Assembly: GCA_035543515.1 (NCBI GenBank)
Contig: DATKJS010000095.1
Span: 24,633 to 88,632 of the forward strand
From: Terriglobales bacterium
Lineage (GTDB): Bacteria; Acidobacteriota; Aminicenantia; Aminicenantales; Saccharicenantaceae
Length of the DNA stretch: 64,000 nucleotides
Direction: 5' to 3'
Of the stretch, positions 52,028 through 61,973 are shown piece by piece (within the stretch, counting starts at the first letter, position 1; every line of letters starts with the position of its first letter). Both the position numbers and the translations under genes were made by a program. The notes under the pieces were generated by a model. The model saw nothing but the letters and a program-made list of their open reading frames with translations, did not search any database and was not told the DNA's origin.

Positions 52028-53608
52028 ATGGACCACCTCATCGGCATCGACCTCGGCACGACCTATTCCTGCGTCGCCTACCTGGACGGGGGCAGCCCCG
52101 TCGTCATCCCGAACCTCGAGGGACTGCCGACGACGCCGTCCGTCGTCTCGTTCACGTCCTCCGGAGAGCGCCTGATCGGGACCCTGGCCATGCGCCAGGC
52201 CCTGACGAACCCCCAGAACACGATCTTCGCCGTCAAGCGCCTGATCGGCCGCAAGTACGATTCCCGCGAGATCGCCGAGGCCCGGGCCCGCCTGCCGTAC
52301 CGGCTGGCCCCGGCCGCCAACGGGGACGTCGTTGTCGCCCTCGAATCGAGGAACCTGACGCCCCAGGAGATCTCAGCGATGATCCTCTCCTACCTCAAGG
52401 GCTGCGCGGAGTCCTATTTCGGCGAGAAGGTCTCCGACGCCGTCATCACCGTGCCGGCCCATTTCAACGACCACCAGCGGCAGGCGACCAAGGACGCCGC
52501 CCTCATCTGCGGCTTCAACGTCCAGCGCGTCATCAACGAGCCGACGGCGGCGGGCCTGGCCTACGGGCTGAACAGCAAGAGGAACGGCGTCGCGGCGGTC
52601 TTCGACCTCGGCGGCGGCACCTTCGACATCACCCTGATGGAGATCCGCGACGGGGTCTTCAATGTCCTGGCCACGAACGGGGACTCCTACCTCGGCGGCG
52701 AGGACTTCGACATGCGCATCATCGAGTGGCTGGTCGAGGGCTTCCGGAAGGAGACCGGCATCGACCTCCACCATGACAAGCTCGCCCTCCAGAGGATCAA
52801 GGAGGCCGCCGAGCGCGCCAAGCGCGAGCTGTCCTTCACCATGGAGACCGAGATCAACCTGCCCTTCATTTGCTCGGACCAGACGAGCTCCAAGCACCTC
52901 CGGCGGCTCCTGACCCGCCAGGAGCTCGAGGGGCTGACGGCCGACCTCGTCGAGCGGACGATCCCGCTCATCGAGGAGGCCTTCGGCGAGGCCCGGCTCG
53001 ACCCCGAGCGGGTCGACGACATCATCCTCGTCGGCGGGCAGACCCGCATGCCGCTCGTCAAGAAGAGGATCGGCGAGTTCTTCCGGAAGAGCCCGGCCGA
53101 GCACATCAACCCCGACGAGATCGTGGCCATGGGGGCGGCCGTCCAGTCCGGCATCCTCCAAGGCCAGGTCCGGGGGCTCGTCCTTCTCCTCGACGTCACG
53201 CCCTTCGCCCTCGGCATCGAGACCGAGAGCGACGGCTACGAGGAAGTCATCGAGAAGAACTCGACGATCCCGCTGCGGAAATCCAAGGCCTTCACGACGG
53301 TCGAGCACAACCAGCGGCGTGTCCGGCTCCACGTCCTCCAGGGGGAGAACCCCCTGGCCTCGATGAACAAGTCCCTGGCCGTCTTCGAGCTCGTCGGCAT
53401 CGAGCCGGCACCGGCCGGCGTGCCGCAGATCGACGTCACCTTCGAGGTCGACGCCGACGGGCTGGTCAAGGTCTCGGCGCGGGACGCGGCGACGGGGCTG
53501 CAGCAGAAGATCGAGGTCCGGCCCTCCTCGGGGCTCATGCCGGGCGAGCTCGAGGCCCTCATCGAGAAACAGAAGGCGGAGTCGCTGGGGGCCCATCCGA
53601 ATGGCTAG
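52028..53608 (+). CDS. dnaK: Hsp70/DnaK-family chaperone lacking the C-terminal alpha-helical lid (526 aa)
   Basis: Motifs are [36 protein letters not shown], the linker [14 protein letters not shown] and beta-SBD through [20 protein letters not shown]...RPSSGL. The protein stops about 22 aa later. Canonical DnaK continues for about 100 more aa. Confidence 0.85.
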   Translation: MDHLIGIDLGTTYSCVAYLDGGSPVVIPNLEGLPTTPSVVSFTSSGERLIGTLAMRQALTNPQNTIFAVKRLIGRKYDSREIAEARARLPYRLAPAANGDVVVALESRNLTPQEISAMILSYLKGCAESYFGEKVSDAVITVPAHFNDHQRQATKDAALICGFNVQRVINEPTAAGLAYGLNSKRNGVAAVFDLGGGTFDITLMEIRDGVFNVLATNGDSYLGGEDFDMRIIEWLVEGFRKETGIDLHHDKLALQRIKEAAERAKRELSFTMETEINLPFICSDQTSSKHLRRLLTRQELEGLTADLVERTIPLIEEAFGEARLDPERVDDIILVGGQTRMPLVKKRIGEFFRKSPAEHINPDEIVAMGAAVQSGILQGQVRGLVLLLDVTPFALGIETESDGYEEVIEKNSTIPLRKSKAFTTVEHNQRRVRLHVLQGENPLASMNKSLAVFELVGIEPAPAGVPQIDVTFEVDADGLVKVSARDAATGLQQKIEVRPSSGLMPGELEALIEKQKAESLGAHPNG

Positions 53609-54752
53609 GAAGGACTATTATGACGTCCTCGGCGTCCCCCGCGACGCCCCGGCCGAGGAGATCAAGAAGGCCTACCGACGGATGGCCCTGAAGCACCACC
53701 CCGACCGCAATCCCGGGGACGAGGCGTCCGAGGAGCGGTTCAAGGAGGCGGCCGAGGCCTACAGCGTCCTCGTCGACCCCCAGAAGCGCGGCGTCTACGA
53801 CCGCTTCGGCCATGACGGCCTGCGGGGGGAGGGCTTCCAGGGCTTCTCGGGCTTCGACTCCTCCGTCTTCGAGGATTTCGAGGACATCTTGGGGAACTTC
53901 TTCGGCTTCAGCTTCGGGGACTTCTTCGGCGGGAGGGAACGGCCGTCGGGCCGCGGCCGCCAGAGGGGCCGCGACCTGGCCCTCGAGGTCGAGGTCGGCC
54001 TCGCCGAGGCCGCCGCGGGCGCCGACAAAGAGATCAAGCTCACCCGGGCCGAGGCCTGCCCCGACTGCCGCGGCTCGAAGAGCAGGCCCGGGACCCGGCC
54101 CTCGGCCTGTCCGTCCTGCGGCGGCAAGGGCCAGGTCCGCTACCAGCAGGGCTTCTTCACCGTGGCCAGGACCTGTCCGAGGTGCCAGGGCCGGGGCGAG
54201 GTCGTCGCCGAGCCCTGCCCGGCCTGCGAAGGCAAGGGCCGCGTCAAGGAGAAAAGGACCCTGCGCGTCCGCATCCCCGCCGGCGTCGCCGACGGGGCCC
54301 GGCTGAGGCTCGTGGGGGAGGGGGAGGCGGGGGACGGAGGCATGCCGGCCGGGGACCTTTACATCGTGACCCGGGTCCAGCCGCATCCCTTCTTCGAACG
54401 CGATGGCGACGACCTCTCCTGCCGCATCGAGATCTCCTTCGCCCAGGCCGCGCTCGGGGCCAGGATCGAAGTCCCCACGCTCGACGGGAGCGAAGTCCTC
54501 AAGGTCCCGGCCGGGACCCAGTCGGGAGAGAGCTTCAAGCTCAGGGGGCGCGGAATGCCGGACGTGTCCGGGCGCGGCAAGGGCGACCTTTACGTCACGG
54601 TCCAGGTCCGGACGCCGTCGAACCTGTCCAAGGAGGAGAAGGCGCTCTTCTCGAAGCTGGCCGAGCACAGGGGGGAGGCGGTCGACGCCGTCGACAGGAG
54701 CGTTCTGCAGAAGCTGAAGGCGCTGTTCGAGCCGTCCGAGAGACCGCATTGA
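53601..54752 (+). CDS. dnaJ: co-chaperone DnaJ
   Basis: The J-domain is DYYDVLGV...HHPDRN, followed by a G/F region. Four CxxCxGxG zinc motifs are present ([32 protein letters not shown]). Confidence 0.95.
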   Translation: MARKDYYDVLGVPRDAPAEEIKKAYRRMALKHHPDRNPGDEASEERFKEAAEAYSVLVDPQKRGVYDRFGHDGLRGEGFQGFSGFDSSVFEDFEDILGNFFGFSFGDFFGGRERPSGRGRQRGRDLALEVEVGLAEAAAGADKEIKLTRAEACPDCRGSKSRPGTRPSACPSCGGKGQVRYQQGFFTVARTCPRCQGRGEVVAEPCPACEGKGRVKEKRTLRVRIPAGVADGARLRLVGEGEAGDGGMPAGDLYIVTRVQPHPFFERDGDDLSCRIEISFAQAALGARIEVPTLDGSEVLKVPAGTQSGESFKLRGRGMPDVSGRGKGDLYVTVQVRTPSNLSKEEKALFSKLAEHRGEAVDAVDRSVLQKLKALFEPSERPH

Positions 54753-55492
54753 CCGCGAACCAGTTTTACGTGCCGCGCATCGACAAGGACGCGGGCCGCA
54801 TCCTCCTCGAGGGCGACGAGCACCGCCACTTGGCCAGGTCGGCCAGGGTCCGGGCGGGGGAGATGGTCCGGCTCTTCGATGGCGAAGGCCGCCGGGTCCT
54901 GGCTAGGGTCGAATCGGTTGGCCGGGACCGCACTGTTCTAACCATCGCCGAATGGGACGAGCCCGAGGCGGACGGATTGCGGCTCGTCCTGGCCCAGGCC
55001 CTTCTTCCGGGGAAGAAGATGGAGTTCATCCTGGAGAAGTCCGCCGAGCTCGGCGTCGCCGGGTTCGTCCCCGTCGAGACGTCGCGGTCGCTCCGGATGC
55101 CCGCGGGGGACCCGGGCCGCAGGGCGGAGCGGTGGGCCCGCATCGCCCGAGAGGCGACCAAGCAATCCAAGGGGACCAGGGTCCCCGCCGTCGAGCCGCC
55201 CCGCCGGCTGAGGGACTGGCTGGCCGCGCCCGGGGAGGGACGGCGGATCTTCCTCAGCGAGCGGGGCGGGACCCCCCTCCGCGACATCCTCTGCGACCCG
55301 GCCGAGGGCGCCGGCCACCCGCCGGCAGCCGCGGTCGTAGCCATCGGGCCGACGGGCGGATGGACGGACGGCGAGGAGCGGGACCTGCGGGCGGCCGGCT
55401 TCCGGGCCGCGAGCCTCGGCCGCCGGATCCTGAAGAGCGAGACGGCCGCTCTGGCGGCGGTGGCCATCATCGCGCACGCCTGGGACGGGTGA
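54749..55492 (+). CDS. rsmE: 16S rRNA (uracil1498-N3)-methyltransferase RsmE
   Basis: Motifs are [44 protein letters not shown] and [11 protein letters not shown]...[12 protein letters not shown] chose the TTG at 54749, overlapping the dnaJ stop. The exact start is uncertain. Confidence 0.75.
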   Translation: MTANQFYVPRIDKDAGRILLEGDEHRHLARSARVRAGEMVRLFDGEGRRVLARVESVGRDRTVLTIAEWDEPEADGLRLVLAQALLPGKKMEFILEKSAELGVAGFVPVETSRSLRMPAGDPGRRAERWARIAREATKQSKGTRVPAVEPPRRLRDWLAAPGEGRRIFLSERGGTPLRDILCDPAEGAGHPPAAAVVAIGPTGGWTDGEERDLRAAGFRAASLGRRILKSETAALAAVAIIAHAWDG

Positions 55493-55493
55493 C

Positions 55494-56432
55494 ATGTTCC
55501 TCCAGGGACAGAAGGTCGGGAAGTACGAGATTCTCCGCTCGCTCGGCAGCGGCGGGTTCGGCTCCGTCTATCTGGCCAAGGATACCTGGCTCGACATCAA
55601 GGTCGCCATCAAGGTCCCTCACAAGCAGTCGGCGGAGCTCTACAAGCTCCTCAAGGAGCCGCGCCTCCAGGCGGCCCTCAACCACCCGAACATCGTCCGG
55701 ATGCTGGCGGCCGAAAAGGAGAAGAGCGTCTTCTTCATGGTCATGGAGTACATCAAGGGGCCGACCCTGGAAAAGATCCTCGAGAAGGAGCGGGTCCTCG
55801 GCTGCGAGCAGGCCCTGGACTACATCAAGCAGGTCGCCTTCGGCATCGACCACGCGCACAAGAACAAGATCATCCACCGGGACCTCCGGCCGTCGAACAT
55901 CATCGTCTCGGAGGACGGCACGGCCAAGATCACCGATTTCGGCACCTCGGCGTGGCTCAACACCGTGCCTTATGCCTCGACGCGCATCGGCTCCCCGCCG
56001 TACATGGCCCCCGAGCAGTTCCTGGGGAAGGCCAGCTACGCCTCGGACGTCTATTCGATCGGATGCATCTTCTACGAGATGATCATCGGCCGGCCGCCGA
56101 TCTTCGACCCCGACCCATTCAAGATCCTGGAGAGGGCCCAGCAGGGCAAGATCACCCCGCCGCGGATCCGCAACAGCAAGGTCCCCAAGGAGATCGACGC
56201 CATCATCATGAAGGCCCTGGCCCCCAAGGTCGAGGACCGCTACCAGGGCGCGGCCGAGATCACCCGCGACCTCTCCCTCTACAAGGGGAAGGTCCCCAGG
56301 ACGGCGGAGATCGACGACATCCGGCTGCGGATCAAGGCCCGGGAGCAGACGGCCTCCGGCCAGTGCTGGAACTGCCGCCGTCCGCTGCCCCCCAAGTCCC
56401 GGCTCTGCCCGCACTGCGGTGAGACCGTCTAG
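55494..56432 (+). CDS. small soluble Ser/Thr protein kinase with a C-terminal zinc ribbon
   Basis: Kinase motifs are GSGGFGSVYLAKD, VAIKV, HRDLRPSNIIV, DFGTSA and SPPYMAPEQ. The C-terminus is CWNCRRPLPPKSRLCPHCG. The gene starts 1 nt after the rsmE stop. Confidence 0.85.
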   Translation: MFLQGQKVGKYEILRSLGSGGFGSVYLAKDTWLDIKVAIKVPHKQSAELYKLLKEPRLQAALNHPNIVRMLAAEKEKSVFFMVMEYIKGPTLEKILEKERVLGCEQALDYIKQVAFGIDHAHKNKIIHRDLRPSNIIVSEDGTAKITDFGTSAWLNTVPYASTRIGSPPYMAPEQFLGKASYASDVYSIGCIFYEMIIGRPPIFDPDPFKILERAQQGKITPPRIRNSKVPKEIDAIIMKALAPKVEDRYQGAAEITRDLSLYKGKVPRTAEIDDIRLRIKAREQTASGQCWNCRRPLPPKSRLCPHCGETV

Positions 56433-56556
56433 GCCCTCGCCGGGAGGCCCGCGGTTTGACTTCGGCTCCCGGCTTGATATACGATGAGCCCTCGAACGGG
56501 GAGGAGCATGCGCCCCGGGCGGGAAGCTCAGGACGGAGCGAGCGAAGGAGTCGCCG

Positions 56557-57483
56557 ATGAGCCCATTTGCCGAGACCGGCTTCGTATGGATGAACGGCCG
56601 ACTCGTCCCCTGGAAGGACGCCCAGATCCATGTCGCTTCCCATGTCGTCCACTATGGGAGCTCCATTTTTGAGGGCCTGCGGGCCTACGAAACGCCCCGC
56701 GGCACCGGCGTCTTCCGCCTGGTGGACCATACCCGGCGGCTCTACAACTCCTGCAAGATCTACCGCATCGAGGTCCCGTACACCCAGGAGCAGTTCAACC
56801 GCGCCGTGGTCGAGACGATCAAGGCCAACGGCCTCAAGTCGTGCTACGTCCGGCCCATCGTCTACCGGGGCTACAAGACCCTCGGCGTCGACCCCTTCCC
56901 GAATCCCGTCGACTGCGCCATCCTCGTCTGGGAGTGGGGTCAGTACCTGGGACCGGAAGCCCAGGAAAGCGGCGTGGACGTCTGCATCTCGTCCTGGTGG
57001 CGCATGGCCCCGAACACCTTCCCGGCCCTGGCCAAGTCGGGGGCGAACTACATGAACTCGCAGCTCATCAAGATGGAGGCCCTGCTCGACGGCTACGCCG
57101 AGGGCATCGCCCTGAACATCCGCGGCCACATCAGCGAGGGCAGCGGCGAGAACCTCTTTCTCGTCCGCGACGGGGACGTCTACACCCCGCCCCTCTCGTC
57201 CTCGGTCCTGCCCGGCATCACCCGGGCCTCCGCCATGACCCTCCTCGGCGAGATGGGCGTCCGTGTCGTCGAGGACACCATCCCGCGAGAGATGCTCTAC
57301 ATCGCCGACGAGGTCTTCTTCACGGGGTCGGCGGCCGAGATCACCCCCATCCGCTCGATCGACAGGATCGTCATCGGCAGCGGCAAGCGGGGGCCGCTGA
57401 CGAAGAAGCTCCAAGAGGCGTTCTTCGCCTATGTCAACGGGAAGCGCGAGGACGCCTACGGTTGGTTCACCTTCGTGGACTGA
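56557..57483 (+). CDS. ilvE: branched-chain amino acid aminotransferase
   Basis: Motifs are HYGSSIFEGLRAY, the KSG of class-IV PLP enzymes, and GENLFLV...TPP...LPGITR. Confidence 0.9.
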   Translation: MSPFAETGFVWMNGRLVPWKDAQIHVASHVVHYGSSIFEGLRAYETPRGTGVFRLVDHTRRLYNSCKIYRIEVPYTQEQFNRAVVETIKANGLKSCYVRPIVYRGYKTLGVDPFPNPVDCAILVWEWGQYLGPEAQESGVDVCISSWWRMAPNTFPALAKSGANYMNSQLIKMEALLDGYAEGIALNIRGHISEGSGENLFLVRDGDVYTPPLSSSVLPGITRASAMTLLGEMGVRVVEDTIPREMLYIADEVFFTGSAAEITPIRSIDRIVIGSGKRGPLTKKLQEAFFAYVNGKREDAYGWFTFVD

Positions 57484-57503
57484 AGCCAAGGGAGGACATC
57501 AGC

Positions 57504-58661
57504 ATGGTCATCGATGAATTCCTGAAAATCGCCATCGAGCGGGATGCTTCGGACCTCCACTTCAAGGCCGGCAACCACCCCATGATCCGGGTCCACGGCA
57601 CGCTCACCCCCCTGACCGGATTCCCCCGCCTGACGACGGCCGACTGCGAGGAGCTCTCCAACCAGATGATGACGGACTTCCAGCGCAAGCGGCTCCGCGA
57701 GGACCTCGACATCGACCTCGCCTACAGCCTGCCCGGCTTCGGCCGTTTCCGCGGCAGCATCTACTACCAGCGCGGCTCGCTGGCCATCGCCCTGCGCATC
57801 ATCCCGCTCGAGGTCAAGACGATCCGCCAGCTCCTCCTCCCCGAGGTCCTGGAGAAGGTCGCCTTCTACCAACGCGGCCTCGTCCTGGTGACCGGGACGA
57901 CCGGCAGCGGCAAGACGACGACCCTGGCGGCCATGATCGAGTACATCAACACCTTCCGCCGGGAGAACATCATCACCATCGAGGACCCCATCGAGTACCT
58001 CCACAAGGACAAGAAGAGCACGATCAGCCAGCGCGAGGTCGGCATGGACGTGACGAGCTTCTCGCGCGGCCTGCGGGCGTGCCTGCGAGAGGACCCGGAC
58101 ATCATCCTCGTCGGCGAGATGCGCGACCTCGACACGATCGAGACGGCCCTCCTCGCGGCCGAGACCGGCCACCTCGTCCTGAGCACCCTCCACACCCTGG
58201 ACGCCCCGGAGAGCATCAACCGCATCATCTCCGTCTTCGCCCCCCACCACCAGCGGCAGATCCGGCTCCAGCTGGCCTCGATCCTCAAGGCCATCATCTC
58301 CATGCGCCTCATCCCCCGCATGGACGGCCAGGGCCGCGTGCCGGCCGTCGAGGTCATGATCACGACGCCCTACCTCCAGGAGTGCGTCGCGGACAAGGAC
58401 AAGACGGGCATGATCAAGGACGCCATCACCGCCGGCGTCTCCCAGTATGGGATGCAGACGTTCGACCAGTCGATCTATCAGCTCTACCGCGACGGCTACA
58501 TCTCCTTCGAGCAGGGCATGAAATACTCGTCCAACCCGGACAATTTCAAGCTGCGCGTCATGGGCATCCAGTCCACCCTCGACATCGCCACGGAGGAGAT
58601 GGAAAAGGGCATGGGCAAGGTCGAGCGGGTCGAGGGGGGTCCCGAAGAAGAGCCCAAATGA
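57504..58661 (+). CDS. pilT: type IV pilus retraction ATPase PilT family
   Basis: ASDLHFKAGNHPMIRVHG is present. Walker A is GTTGSGKTTT and Walker B is DPDIILVGEMRD. The His box is GHLVLSTLHT. GGAGGA lies upstream of the ATG at 57504. Confidence 0.88.
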   Translation: MVIDEFLKIAIERDASDLHFKAGNHPMIRVHGTLTPLTGFPRLTTADCEELSNQMMTDFQRKRLREDLDIDLAYSLPGFGRFRGSIYYQRGSLAIALRIIPLEVKTIRQLLLPEVLEKVAFYQRGLVLVTGTTGSGKTTTLAAMIEYINTFRRENIITIEDPIEYLHKDKKSTISQREVGMDVTSFSRGLRACLREDPDIILVGEMRDLDTIETALLAAETGHLVLSTLHTLDAPESINRIISVFAPHHQRQIRLQLASILKAIISMRLIPRMDGQGRVPAVEVMITTPYLQECVADKDKTGMIKDAITAGVSQYGMQTFDQSIYQLYRDGYISFEQGMKYSSNPDNFKLRVMGIQSTLDIATEEMEKGMGKVERVEGGPEEEPK

Positions 58662-61318
58662 GATCGCCCGAGATCCGCGAATCCTTCCTCCAGTTCTTCG
58701 CGGCGCGCGGCCATAAGATCGTCCCGAGCTCGCCGCTCCTGCCCAAGGACGACCCGACCATCCTGTTCACGAACGCGGGGATGAACCAGTTCAAGAACGT
58801 CTTCCTCGGCCTCGAGAAGCGGAGCTACAGGCGGGCCACGTCCTGCCAGAAGTGTATGCGCGTCAGCGGCAAGCACAACGACCTCGAGACCGTCGGCCGG
58901 ACGGCCAAGCACCACACCTTCTTCGAGATGCTCGGCAACTTCTCCTTCGGCGATTATTTCAAGCGGGAGGCCATCGGGTTAGCCTGGGAGCTCGTCACCG
59001 GCGTCTTCGGCCTGCCCGCGGACCGGCTCTACGCAACGGTCTACATCGAGGATGACCAGGCCTACCGGGTCTGGGCTGAGGAGGTCGGTGTCCCGGCCGA
59101 CCGGATCTTCCGCTTCGGCAAGAAGGACAACTTCTGGGCTATGGGCGACACCGGCCCCTGCGGCCCGTGCTCGGAGCTCCACTACGACCTCGGCGAGGGC
59201 CTCGGGGCGGGACGGCCCGAGGCCCTCATCGAGGCCGGCAGCGACCGCTTCCTCGAACTCTGGAACCTCGTCTTCATGGAGTTCGACCGCGACGAGGCGG
59301 GCGTCCTGCGACCGCTCCCGGCCCCCTCGATCGACACGGGCATGGGGCTCGAGCGGATGGCCGCCGTCCTGCAGGGAAAGCGGAGCAACTTCGACACGGA
59401 CCTCTTCATGCCCCTCATCGAGGCCGTGACCTCCCTCGCCCAGAGGGAGTATCCCTCGGGCGACGAGGGCGACGTTTCGGTCCGCATCATCGCCGACCAC
59501 CTCCGGGCCATGGCCTTCCTCGTCGGCGACGGCGTGACGCCGGCGAACGCCGGCCGCGGCTACGTGCTCCGCCGGCTCATCCGCCGGGCCTACCGCCAGG
59601 GGAATCTCCTCGGCATCGACCGGCCGTTCCTCTTCGAGCTCGTCGGCCGCGTCGCCGACATCATGAAGGACGCCTACCCCGAGCTGCTGGCCTCGATCGA
59701 GTACGTCTCCAAGGTCTGCCTGTCCGAGGAGGAAAGGTTCGCCCACACCCTGACCTCCGGCCTTCGCTATTTCGACGAGGCCGCCCGCGAGACGGTCGAC
59801 AACGGCGGTCGCGTCCTCGCCGGGGACACGGTTTTCCGGCTCTATGACACGTTCGGCTTCCCCCTGGACCTGTCCCAGGACCTGGCCCGAGAAAAGGGGC
59901 TCGATGTCGACGAGGCGGAGTTCTTGCGGCAGCTCGAAGCCCAGAGGGAGAAGGCGCGCCAGTCCTGGAAGGGCGACCTCAAGCAGAAGGAGAAGGCCGT
60001 TTGCGACGGGCTCAGGGACCTCCGGACCGTTTCGTGCGCCCACCGCGGGACCGAGCTCCGCGAGGCGAGGGTCCTCGCCGTGCTCAAGGACGGCCGGGAG
60101 GTCGAGGCCCTGGCGGCGGGGGAGGAAGGCGAGGTCGTCCTCGACGAAACGCCGTTCTACGCCGGGGCCGGCGGCCAGGTCGGAGATACCGGGACGCTCA
60201 AGGGGGCCGGCTTCTCGGCCCTCGTCGAGAACACCCACTACCTCGCGCCCGAAGTCGCTGCCCATAAGGTCCGCGTCCTGGCGGGGGAGCTCCTCAAGGG
60301 CGCGGCGGCCGACGCCGCCGTCGACGCCGCCCGCCGTCAGGCCGTCGCGAACAACCACACCGCGACCCATCTCCTGCACGCCGCCCTGCGCCAGGTCCTC
60401 GGGGACCACGTCAAGCAGGCCGGGTCGCTCGTCTCTCCCCTCCGGCTTCGCTTCGACTTCACGCATTTCTCGCACCTTTCGAAGGAGGAAGTGGCGCAGG
60501 TCGAGGCCCTCGTCAACGGGAAGATCCGCGAGGACCTGCCCGTCGAGACCCGGGTGATGTCGCTCGAGGAGGGCGTCCGCGAAGGGGCCATGGCCATTTT
60601 CGAGGAGAAGTATGCCGAGACGGTCCGGGTGGTGGGCGTCGGCGATTTCAGCAAGGAGCTCTGCGGCGGCGTTCACGCCAGGTCGACGGGCCAGATCGGG
60701 CTCTTCAAGATCCTGTCGGAGGCCGGCATCGCCTCGGGCATGCGCCGCATCGAGGCCGTGACGGGGGAGGAGGCCCTCCGCTACGTCCGCGGCCTCGAGG
60801 ACGAGGTCTCCGGCCTCGAAAAAAGCCTCAGGGCTTCGCGCCGCGACCTCCCGGCGGCAGTCGAGAAGCTCCTCGGGCGGGTCGAGGAACTCGAGAAGGC
60901 CAACAGGGAGCTCCGGAAGAAGATGATCGGCGGAGGCGGGGACATCGCTTCGGGCGTGGAACTCGGGACTCCGACCGTCGCCCAGAAGGTCAAGGGCATG
61001 GCCGTTCACGTTCAGAGGATGGACGGGTTGACCATAGCCGAGCTGCGGGACGCCGCCGACGGGTTGAGGAACAACATGAAGAGCGGCATCGTCGTGCTGG
61101 GCGGGACGGACGGGGGCAAGGCGCTCCTCGTCGTTTCCGTCAGCAAGGACCTCACCTCGCGCATCCAGGCCGGGGCCCTCGTCAAGGAGGCCGCCCCGGT
61201 CATCGGCGGCGGGGGAGGGGGCCGCCCCGATTTTGCCCAGGCCGGTGGCTCGCGGCCGGGGGAGCTTGACAAGGCCCTCGGGATGGTTCCCGGCCTCATC
61301 GAGAAGATGGCCGCCTGA
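58658..61318 (+). CDS. alaS: alanine--tRNA ligase
   Basis: The start overlaps pilT as ATGA. Motifs are FTNAGMNQFK, HHTFFEMLGNFSFGDYFK and the editing-domain HTATHLLH...CGGVH. A C-terminal DHHA1-like part is present. Confidence 0.95.
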   Translation: MRSPEIRESFLQFFAARGHKIVPSSPLLPKDDPTILFTNAGMNQFKNVFLGLEKRSYRRATSCQKCMRVSGKHNDLETVGRTAKHHTFFEMLGNFSFGDYFKREAIGLAWELVTGVFGLPADRLYATVYIEDDQAYRVWAEEVGVPADRIFRFGKKDNFWAMGDTGPCGPCSELHYDLGEGLGAGRPEALIEAGSDRFLELWNLVFMEFDRDEAGVLRPLPAPSIDTGMGLERMAAVLQGKRSNFDTDLFMPLIEAVTSLAQREYPSGDEGDVSVRIIADHLRAMAFLVGDGVTPANAGRGYVLRRLIRRAYRQGNLLGIDRPFLFELVGRVADIMKDAYPELLASIEYVSKVCLSEEERFAHTLTSGLRYFDEAARETVDNGGRVLAGDTVFRLYDTFGFPLDLSQDLAREKGLDVDEAEFLRQLEAQREKARQSWKGDLKQKEKAVCDGLRDLRTVSCAHRGTELREARVLAVLKDGREVEALAAGEEGEVVLDETPFYAGAGGQVGDTGTLKGAGFSALVENTHYLAPEVAAHKVRVLAGELLKGAAADAAVDAARRQAVANNHTATHLLHAALRQVLGDHVKQAGSLVSPLRLRFDFTHFSHLSKEEVAQVEALVNGKIREDLPVETRVMSLEEGVREGAMAIFEEKYAETVRVVGVGDFSKELCGGVHARSTGQIGLFKILSEAGIASGMRRIEAVTGEEALRYVRGLEDEVSGLEKSLRASRRDLPAAVEKLLGRVEELEKANRELRKKMIGGGGDIASGVELGTPTVAQKVKGMAVHVQRMDGLTIAELRDAADGLRNNMKSGIVVLGGTDGGKALLVVSVSKDLTSRIQAGALVKEAAPVIGGGGGGRPDFAQAGGSRPGELDKALGMVPGLIEKMAA

Positions 61319-61390
61319 CCCCCCGCGATTCACCCCTCGGGGGGATTGCGCGATGCGGGGCGCCGGGCGAGAATCGGGCCCGGAGGGACG

Positions 61391-61948
61391 ATGAATGTCC
61401 GTAAGGCCGCGTTGACCGCCATGGCGGCCGCCGCCCTGGCGTCCGCCGTGCCCGCGGCCACGACCGCCGACCTCAAGAATCTCTATGACCCCATCGTCAG
61501 GCGCCTGGCCGGGGCCTACGGCCTGGACGCGGGCTTCATCCACGCCGTCATCCTGGCCGAGTCGAACTATGACAGCTTCGCTCTCTCGGAAAAGGGGGCG
61601 ATGGGGCTGATGCAGCTCATGCCTGAGACGGCCGAGCAGTACAAGGTCCGGAATGTCTTCGACGCGGCCCAGAACATCGAGGGCGGGGTGAGATACCTGA
61701 AGGATCTGATCGCTCTCTTCAAGGGCGACACCCGGCTCGTCCTGGCCGCGTACAACGCCGGGCAGGAGGCGGTCAAGAGATACGGGAGGCGGATCCCGCC
61801 CTACCAGGAAACTCGGGATTATATCAGCCGGGTCATGGCCACCTACAAGAAGCCGAGGCTCGGCCGCTCCGTCGTCAAGCTCCGAGATGCCTCGGGCAAG
61901 GTCGTCCTGACGAACGACCCGGATTACTTCGGCCTGAAGAAGGACTGA
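61391..61948 (+). CDS. lytic transglycosylase (SLT domain)
   Basis: A signal peptide is present. Motifs are AVILAESNYDSFALSEKGAMGLMQLMPETA and AAYNAG. Confidence 0.85.
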   Translation: MNVRKAALTAMAAAALASAVPAATTADLKNLYDPIVRRLAGAYGLDAGFIHAVILAESNYDSFALSEKGAMGLMQLMPETAEQYKVRNVFDAAQNIEGGVRYLKDLIALFKGDTRLVLAAYNAGQEAVKRYGRRIPPYQETRDYISRVMATYKKPRLGRSVVKLRDASGKVVLTNDPDYFGLKKD

Positions 61949-61973
61949 CGGCGGACCGTGCCGGAGCCGGCGC

